Shown here piece by piece: positions 7,482 to 13,584 of a stretch of 13,584 nt of DNA. The notes under the pieces were generated by a model. It made no database searches. It saw nothing but the letters and a program-made list of their open reading frames with translations, and was not told the DNA's origin. Position 1 is the first letter of the stretch; every line of letters starts with the position of its first letter. Origin of the DNA: Candidatus Omnitrophota bacterium (lineage in GTDB: Bacteria; Omnitrophota; Gorgyraeia; JABMRG01; JAFGKX01); contig CP070655.1 of assembly GCA_020354945.1 (NCBI GenBank), positions 272,856 to 286,439 of the forward strand, written 5' to 3'. The position numbers were made by a program, and so were the translations under genes.

Positions 7482-7527
7482 GTTATTGCGTTATTGCGTT
7501 TGAAACTCTATAACGCTATAACTCCAG
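7482..7527. repeat. Octamer tandem repeats followed by their degenerate inverse
   Basis: GTTATTGC x2 + GTT (7482-7500), then AACTCTAT AACGCTAT AACTCCAG (7504-7527); includes the TAG of the upstream GT9 gene (7516-7518). Confidence 0.65.
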
Positions 7528-8523
7528 TATCTTTTTTGCAGCGGCAAACACTTCATCAGCTCCAATTTGTTTCATGCATTCAAGATTAAATGCGCATTGG
7601 GCCTTTTCGCATGGGGAGCACTTAAGATTTTTTCTGATAACCACACTATTTTCTAAAGTAGGGCCATATTTTATGTGGTCTGTTGGGCCAAAAATAGCAA
7701 CGCTGGGCGTGTTAACAATATCTGCTAAATGCAACGGAGCAGAATCATTGGTTATGAGCAATTTACATCTTGATAAAAGACATCCTAATTGATGAATATT
7801 GGTACGCCCGCTTATATCATAGGTATCGCTTAAGGCCAGGGCGGAGAGTATCTGAGATGTAATTTCTTTATCATTAGTATCCCCGACTAAAAGAACCTTG
7901 ATGCCAAGTTCTCTGTTTAATCTCTGGCACACCTTTATGAATCCGCTCGTTGTCCATCGTTTAATATGGCTTTTTGCCCCCGGAGCCACTGCTACAATTT
8001 TATCATCCTCCGATATATCAAATTCTTCAAAAATGCTTTTGATAGTTCTTTTGTCTTCTTCACTAAAAAGGAGATTATAAGTAGCATTTTGGGCATCGAG
8101 GCCCAGAGGCAGCAGTTTATTTAAATGAATATATCTTTTATGCTTGTGTTTCTTCGTTTTGCTAACCCCTCCCGCTAAATCTTTTGGTGCTGGGGTAAAC
8201 AGTGAAGTCCTATAAGGTGCGTTTATTAATACGGGATACAGGGTAGAACGCAAATCCACTACTAAATCGAAATTTCTTCTCCTTAGCCGCAGTCCCAATT
8301 TTATCTTTTTTAAAAAACTTATATGTTTATCATAAGAAATTATCTTCGATATCGCCGGGTCATTAGAAAAAATCTCTTTTGCCTGCGGACTTACCATAAC
8401 CGAAATTTTCGCATTAGGAAATTCTTTCTTTAACACCCCCAATACCGGTAATGTTAAAATAACATCCCCAATATTGCTTAAAGTTAAAAATAATATATTA
8501 TGCACTTTTGACTTGTCTATCAT
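7516..8523 (-). CDS. Glycosyltransferase family 9 (heptosyltransferase-like)
   Basis: ILFLTLSNIGDVILTLP, APGAKSHIKRW, ITNDSAPLHLA, FGPTD, CSPC. Start placed at ATG 8523 (AAGGTG 8 nt upstream) instead of the ORF-track start at 8556. Confidence 0.9.
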   Translation of the reverse strand: MIDKSKVHNILFLTLSNIGDVILTLPVLGVLKKEFPNAKISVMVSPQAKEIFSNDPAISKIISYDKHISFLKKIKLGLRLRRRNFDLVVDLRSTLYPVLINAPYRTSLFTPAPKDLAGGVSKTKKHKHKRYIHLNKLLPLGLDAQNATYNLLFSEEDKRTIKSIFEEFDISEDDKIVAVAPGAKSHIKRWTTSGFIKVCQRLNRELGIKVLLVGDTNDKEITSQILSALALSDTYDISGRTNIHQLGCLLSRCKLLITNDSAPLHLADIVNTPSVAIFGPTDHIKYGPTLENSVVIRKNLKCSPCEKAQCAFNLECMKQIGADEVFAAAKKILEL

Positions 8524-8581
8524 CCGCAATTCACCTTTTTGATGTATAACAATCACCTATTCGCGGCACGCATTTTTAGTA

Positions 8582-8780
8582 TTTTAGAAAGCCGCTAAAA
8601 GCGAGGGGAGTCAGCACAACAAAAGCTTTTGTGTGTTTGCCGGAGCGACTGTCAAAAATTGCGAGAACAACGGCAAGAAGCGAGCAATTTTTGTCACAGC
8701 GAGCAAAAAGTGCCCTTCGCCGAAGGCGAAGAATCCTTTTTGCGAGCGACAAGCGTAGGAAAACCACAAAAGCTTATTGT
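8582..8780. repeat. Multi-branched palindromic intergenic element of about 200 bp
   Basis: Stems TTTTAG/CTAAAA (8582-8600); AAGCTTTTGTG 8623-8633 / CACAAAAGCTT 8765-8775; CAAAAATTGC 8653-8662 / GCAATTTTTG 8684-8693; GCAAAAAG 8703-8710 / CTTTTTGC 8736-8743 enclosing CTTCGCC-GAA-GGCGAAG 8715-8731. Confidence 0.8.
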
Positions 8781-9784
8781 AATAACTTTTTGAGCGCCTC
8801 CATCACATCCTCAACCGTAATCGCTTTCATACATTTATAATCATTGCAGGTTTTATCATAACAAGGAACAGGACAGCCTACATATTTTCTTATTGTGATA
8901 TATTTGCTACTTCCATAAGGGCCTGTTATTTTAGGGTCAGTTGGGCCGAATAAAGCGACTGTTGGCGTCTTCTGGCTAACAGCTACATGCATTGGGCCTG
9001 TATCATTAGAAATCACTACTTTAGCCCGCTTTAATATCACCGCCAGCTGTTTCAAAGTTGTCTTGCCGCAAAAATTAATAGGCTTAGATGCGCACAAATT
9101 TATAATTCCCTCACCGAGAGGGGTATCTTTTTCTGCGCCGGCTATAATGACTTTTATATTATATTTATTAAATATTTCATCGCACAACTTTGCAAAATTT
9201 TCTTTTGGCCATCTCTTAGGAGGCCAATTGCCACCGGGATTTATTACAAAGTAAGGTTCACCGGAACGTATACCGTTGTTATTTAAAATAGATATTGCCT
9301 GCTTTTCATTCCCGGGTTTTATAAAAAATTCATAATTTTTGTTATCGGTATCTATTCCTGACGCTCGAGTTACATCTAAAAAATATTCGACTCGATGGGC
9401 TTCCGGCCATTGCGGTATTATTCTGCGGGTAAGTAAAAAGAATCTCTTCTGGGTATGATAACCGACTCTTTCAGGGATGCCTGCCAAAACACACACAATA
9501 GCGTGGGTCATTGAACGATGGAATAAAAAAGCGATATCAAAACTTTTTGATTTTAATCGCGGTATAAGTCTTATTTTTGCAAAAAAACCCTTCAAGCCGC
9601 GCACATTCTCTAAAACGATAACCTCGTTTATATTTGGATTATCTTCTAAAATAGGCAGACAGCGGGCATGCACTATTACGCTAATATATATATCCTTGTA
9701 TTTTTCTCGTACAGCTCTTATTGCCGGCGTAGTAAAAAGTACATCGCCAAGCCAGTTCGGCTCTATGATTAATATGCGTTTCAT
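8774..9784 (-). CDS. waaF: LPS heptosyltransferase II-like glycosyltransferase (GT9)
   Basis: 336 aa; PNWLGDVLFTTP (WaaF-type PxWxGD), INPGGNWPPKRWP, ISNDTGPMH, FGPTDP; start overlaps the GT4 stop (ATGA). Family is secure, the symbol less so. Confidence 0.8.
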   Translation of the reverse strand: MKRILIIEPNWLGDVLFTTPAIRAVREKYKDIYISVIVHARCLPILEDNPNINEVIVLENVRGLKGFFAKIRLIPRLKSKSFDIAFLFHRSMTHAIVCVLAGIPERVGYHTQKRFFLLTRRIIPQWPEAHRVEYFLDVTRASGIDTDNKNYEFFIKPGNEKQAISILNNNGIRSGEPYFVINPGGNWPPKRWPKENFAKLCDEIFNKYNIKVIIAGAEKDTPLGEGIINLCASKPINFCGKTTLKQLAVILKRAKVVISNDTGPMHVAVSQKTPTVALFGPTDPKITGPYGSSKYITIRKYVGCPVPCYDKTCNDYKCMKAITVEDVMEALKKLLQ

Positions 9785-10890
9785 CTCTCCCCCAAGGCAT
9801 GCGAATAAAATCCCTCCACATTCTCTATCATTTTATCCAAAGTAAACTTTTCTTTTATTGTCTGTTTTCCTCTTTGCCCCAATCTTTTTGCGTAATTCTT
9901 ATCTTTCAAAACTGCTATGATAGCATCTGCTAAGGCCTTGACATCTTTTGGCGGGACTAGTATACCGTTTTCTTCATGCCGGATAACGGAATATATACCG
10001 CCTACATTGGAGGCAACTACAGGCAAACCAGCTGCCAATGCCTCAAGTAAAGAAAGCCCCAAACCTTCCTGAATAGAGGGTAGAACGAACACATTCATAA
10101 CAGAAAGCGCTTTATATACATTTTGTATGCCAGGCTGAAATACGACATTTCTCTCTATATTCAATTTTCTGCACATATGGTGTAATTGTTTTTCATATCT
10201 TGTCTTGCCACTACCGACAATAAGAAGTTGTATGTCAGGAAAAACTTCTCTTATTCTGGGTATCGCCATTAAAAGATAAATATGCCCCTTGACGCTTGAA
10301 ATCCGGGCTGTTATTCCTATTACAAAATTACTGCCCAGGTTAAACTCTTTCTTTACCCTATTAAGATCTGCTTCTGAATAGCCCTTTTCTAAAAAAGAGG
10401 CATCAATACCATTATAGATTAATTCAATCTTGTTTTTTGAAACCTTCATTGTGTTTACCAGATGTTCTCTTACTGCATCACTTATTGCTATGACTCTCGT
10501 GCCCCAGCAGGGCAGCAATCTGCGTATTAATCGGCGTTTAAAAAAACCATGACAGGTGGTTACAAAGACGGCCTTAGAGAATTTTTCCAGATAATGGCCG
10601 ATTACCTGGCTAACCCTGGTCTGACAATGGACTATCTGGATATTCTCTTTTCGTATAACCTTGAGTAATCTCATAACTGCCATCATAATGTGCGGTCCAA
10701 CTTCAGATGAGGTATCTATCGGAAGATAAATATGCTCTACGCCGGAGTTGCTTAAAACATTTTCTAATTCACCACCGCTGGAAGCAACTATTATCTTGTG
10801 CCCCTTTTTCTTAAGGCCGCGGGCTAAAGAACTGGCATATACACCGATACCGCCCAGGTTTAATCTTGTGGTTATAAGCAGGATATTCAT
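9781..10890 (-). CDS. Glycosyltransferase family 4 (GT-B)
   Basis: 369 aa; N-terminal LGGIG, TTCHGFF, IYNGID, RISSVKGH, PSIQEGLGLSLLEALAAGLPVVASNVGGI (EX7E motif). Confidence 0.93.
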   Translation of the reverse strand: MNILLITTRLNLGGIGVYASSLARGLKKKGHKIIVASSGGELENVLSNSGVEHIYLPIDTSSEVGPHIMMAVMRLLKVIRKENIQIVHCQTRVSQVIGHYLEKFSKAVFVTTCHGFFKRRLIRRLLPCWGTRVIAISDAVREHLVNTMKVSKNKIELIYNGIDASFLEKGYSEADLNRVKKEFNLGSNFVIGITARISSVKGHIYLLMAIPRIREVFPDIQLLIVGSGKTRYEKQLHHMCRKLNIERNVVFQPGIQNVYKALSVMNVFVLPSIQEGLGLSLLEALAAGLPVVASNVGGIYSVIRHEENGILVPPKDVKALADAIIAVLKDKNYAKRLGQRGKQTIKEKFTLDKMIENVEGFYSHALGER

Positions 10891-12995
10891 GGTCTTGATT
10901 TCTCGTTCATTCCTAGCATCCGCATAGCAGTTCCAAAGACTTCCTCAACAGATATTTCTTCCATACACTTTACATTACGGCAAACCCTTCTGTAGCAAGG
11001 CGAACACTTCAGTTTTTTCTGTATTATTACAACAGACGGGGTAGGTTGTAAATGACGCTTCGGATCCGTGGGTCCAAACAAAGCAATGCATGGCGTAGAC
11101 ATAGCGCAGGCTATATGCAACGGCGCAGAATCGCCTGTAATAAATAACTTACACCTTTTAATCAAACAGGCCAATTCCATAAGGGTAGTTTTACCTACCA
11201 TATTTATTGGCTTGCTCTTTACAGATGAAATCAACTTTTTAGCTATTGATACATCATGCTTTGTGCCTGTGATGAGGACTCTTGCCCCCTTTTGATGAAA
11301 CTTCTGGTAAAGTTTTATGAGATTTTCTGCCGGCCATCTTTTAGTCCCCCAGTGTGTGCTCGAACCTATATTCATGCCTATCAGAATTTGCTTATTGCCG
11401 ATCCACTGATTCTTTAATATATTATCAACGTTCTGTTTTTCTAATTCGGTAGGAAACAACTGAAGTTTCTTAGAACCACCTTTTATTCCCAAACTGCGAA
11501 GCAACCTAAATTGATGCTCTACCGGCGGGAGTTTCAACTTAGCGCCGTCTATTCTTTTTGAAAGTAAGAAATCCAGCTTTTTGCTCTTATAACCAATGCG
11601 CCTCGTGCTCATTGAAAGTGAACCTAATAGGTGGCTTGTTCTGTTATTCTGCAAATCAATTACCATATCAAAATATTGGCGTCTTAAACTCGCTGACAAA
11701 TCTAAAATCTTTTTAATCTGACTGCGCTGGCTGCTATTATCAAAAACGATTAGTTCATCAACATAAGGACAATTGCTTACAACTTCCCGGGCCTTTGTTC
11801 CCACCAGCATTACGATTTTTGCCCGTCGAAAATGTTTGCGTATGGCGGCTAATGAAGGGATACTTAATATAACATCTCCAATAGCAGATATTTTTATCAC
11901 TAGTATGGTAATGTTTTCTTTTGCTTCTTTATAGACATTAATGGTCCTTTTGCACATTTTCCCTAGATTAAAATTGCGTTCTACATCTAATCTAGCTTGT
12001 TTGGCTAACTCGTTTGCCAATTTTCTATTCTTTAATATTCTGATTATTGCCCCTGCAGTAGAACTCCAATCACCGGGAGGGACTAAAAGACCGTTTTTTT
12101 CATCTACAATGATATCTACCACTCCACCGACTTTCGCAGCAACTACCGGTACACCGGATGCCTGCGCCTCTATAATTACCCTCCCAAATGCTTCCGGTGC
12201 AACAGTGGGCAGAACCAGAAGGTCCATACGGTGTAACAACTCCGGTATATTATCCCGTCGGCCTAAGAAATTAACATATTTAGAAAGCGATAGCCTCCTT
12301 ACCAATGTCTGCACCTCTGTTTTATATTTCTGTTTTCCTGCAGGAGCTTCTCCTATAATAAGAACCTTTATCTTGGGCATTATTCTCGCTACTTTAGACA
12401 CAGCCCGTATAAAATGCGTATGTCCTTTTAAAGGTGTGATGCGTCCTATCATTCCTATTGTAAATTCTTTTCTTTCTTTTTTCACGCCTGGTGGCACATA
12501 TCTAAACCTATCTAAATCTACCCCTCTTGGTATAAGCCTTATCCTTTCTCTTGGCACACTGAAATCTTCTATCATATGTTTTGCTATAACCTGGCTTGCA
12601 ACTATTATAAATTTACCCCATCCCATTACCCGGCTAAACAAGTGCCTTGAATAATATCCATGGCATGTAGTAACAAACGGAACTTTCTGTTTATAGGATG
12701 CAAAAAAGGAAGAAATTCCGCATGCCCTGCTTCTTGCGTGGACAACATCTATATCTTCAGTTTTTATAATATCGCGTATTTGTCCTATCATTTTTAGGAT
12801 AGTTATTGGGTTTTTTTCGTGCACTGGCAATTTATAATGAATGCCGCCTGCCTGGTTAATCTCATCTACCAACTTTCCTCCCGCTGAAATTACCACTGCC
12901 TTATGGCCTTTTTTCACAAGTTCCCTGGTAAGGTCTATAACGCCTGTTTCTACGCCGCCTGATTTTAATTCCGGAAGTACCTGCAGGATGTTCAT
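10887..12995 (-). CDS. Bifunctional glycosyltransferase: N-terminal GT4 fused to C-terminal GT9 heptosyltransferase domain
   Basis: 702 aa; GT4 motifs PELKSGGVETG, HARSR, GRITPLKGH, EAFGRVIIEAQASG; from about residue 362 GT9 motifs ILVIKISAIGDVILSIP, TKRWP, ITGDSAPLH, FGPTDP, CSPC. Confidence 0.92.
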   Translation of the reverse strand: MNILQVLPELKSGGVETGVIDLTRELVKKGHKAVVISAGGKLVDEINQAGGIHYKLPVHEKNPITILKMIGQIRDIIKTEDIDVVHARSRACGISSFFASYKQKVPFVTTCHGYYSRHLFSRVMGWGKFIIVASQVIAKHMIEDFSVPRERIRLIPRGVDLDRFRYVPPGVKKERKEFTIGMIGRITPLKGHTHFIRAVSKVARIMPKIKVLIIGEAPAGKQKYKTEVQTLVRRLSLSKYVNFLGRRDNIPELLHRMDLLVLPTVAPEAFGRVIIEAQASGVPVVAAKVGGVVDIIVDEKNGLLVPPGDWSSTAGAIIRILKNRKLANELAKQARLDVERNFNLGKMCKRTINVYKEAKENITILVIKISAIGDVILSIPSLAAIRKHFRRAKIVMLVGTKAREVVSNCPYVDELIVFDNSSQRSQIKKILDLSASLRRQYFDMVIDLQNNRTSHLLGSLSMSTRRIGYKSKKLDFLLSKRIDGAKLKLPPVEHQFRLLRSLGIKGGSKKLQLFPTELEKQNVDNILKNQWIGNKQILIGMNIGSSTHWGTKRWPAENLIKLYQKFHQKGARVLITGTKHDVSIAKKLISSVKSKPINMVGKTTLMELACLIKRCKLFITGDSAPLHIACAMSTPCIALFGPTDPKRHLQPTPSVVIIQKKLKCSPCYRRVCRNVKCMEEISVEEVFGTAMRMLGMNEKSRP

Positions 12996-12998
12996 TAT

Positions 12999-13063
12999 TC
13001 AGTTATCAGTTATCAGTCTTCAGTTATCAGTCGCTAGACTGTAAACTGAAAACTGGCAACTAA
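12999..13063. repeat. Heptamer tandem repeats (TCAGTTA) followed by their degenerate inverse
   Basis: TCAGTTA TCAGTTA TCAGTCT TCAGTTA TCAGTCG (12999-13033), then AGACTGT AAACTGA AAACTGG CAACTAA (13036-13063); central hairpin CAGTC-GCTA-GACTG; contains the upstream TAG. Confidence 0.88.
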
Positions 13064-13584
13064 ATAATCCTCTCCAATCCCTTTCTTATAACTGCATTAT
13101 CGTCTAGCACCTTAACATCTGGCCTTTTACTAAAAAATGCATTGATACGCTCAGCCATATCTTTAGTATTCGCAAGCTGTATATAACCTTTGCCGGATAA
13201 ATTTTTCAAAAATAACCTATGCCTTTTATCCCGGATATTTTCTCCGTCAAAAACAAGGACATAAGCGCTGGATGAGGCTGCTTCTGAAACCATTGAAACG
13301 CTCTCGGGAGAAACTATTACTATGTCGCAAAGTCCCAAAATACCACCTACCACCCCTTCTTTGTTTTGCTCATTTGCAATAACTAATAGCTTGCATCTTG
13401 GGTCGTTTGATAACTGATATTTAGTCAATTCCTCTATTTTTCTCGGTGTCCTTCTTGAAGTAGTTGCTAATATATCAGCGCCGATATATTTTGCAGAGTT
13501 TTGTATCTGCTCTATCAATGTAGATATCATGCCTTCTTGCATGTGGAAGTATTTATAATCTCCTCCTAATAATAGTCCTATTTT
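13060..13584 (-). CDS. ELM1/GtrOC1-family putative glycosyltransferase, C-terminal part (start lies beyond the window)
   Basis: Frame stays open to the window edge (KIGLLLGGDYKYFHM...); family-type motifs IGLLLGG, TTSRRTP, VSPESVSMVSEA. Confidence 0.8.
   Translation of the reverse strand, partial: KIGLLLGGDYKYFHMQEGMISTLIEQIQNSAKYIGADILATTSRRTPRKIEELTKYQLSNDPRCKLLVIANEQNKEGVVGGILGLCDIVIVSPESVSMVSEAASSSAYVLVFDGENIRDKRHRLFLKNLSGKGYIQLANTKDMAERINAFFSKRPDVKVLDDNAVIRKGLERII

Noticed and set aside
8524-8556. ORF-track start at 8556 for the GT9 gene
   Set aside because: ATG 8523 has a suitably spaced AAGGTG and gives an N-terminus matching the paralogues.
8560-8780. tRNA, riboswitch or integron attC identity for the branched element
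   Set aside because: No T-loop or anticodon geometry, no riboswitch consensus I recognise, and no RYYYAAC...GTTRRRY ends.
8576-8840. Short ORFs 8576-8767 (-) and 8631-8840 (+) in the largest spacer
   Set aside because: Arg/Ala/Leu-rich translations typical of palindromic GCGA-rich DNA, with no RBS or family motif; the DNA structure explains the region better.
23-13044. All plus-strand ORFs of the track, including 11941-12654 (237 aa) and 1533-2012 (159 aa), and the nested minus-strand ORF 1305-1490
   Set aside because: They overlap well-supported minus-strand genes, mostly as antisense shadows, and show no recognisable motifs.
13542-13570. ATG at 13542 with upstream AGGAGG as the start of the last gene
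   Set aside because: The frame is open to the window edge and AGGAGG encodes the conserved LGG motif; it is also too far from the ATG. The gene is 5'-truncated.

Overview
All 12 real genes are on the minus strand and form an LPS inner-core/Kdo biosynthesis cluster. In transcription order: a 5'-truncated ELM1/GtrOC1-family gene, a GT4+GT9 fusion, GT4, three GT9 heptosyltransferase-type genes, stand-alone heptose-7-P kinase (hldA/rfaE1), kdsB, kdsA, a membrane GAF-GGEEF diguanylate cyclase, a PilT/PilU-family ATPase and kdsD. The gene order is reminiscent of Omnitrophota/PVC-type bacteria (inference only). A perfect TTGACA-17-TATAAT promoter with extended -10 sits in front of hldA. The unusual part is the non-coding layer: nearly every intergenic gap holds a palindromic or tandem-repeat element that abuts or supplies the upstream stop codon. 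One 60-bp REP-doublet-like element occurs twice, once forming the end of kdsA and once translated in frame inside kdsB. Shorter palindromes appear to be translated in frame inside hldA and a GT9 gene. No transposase is present in the window.
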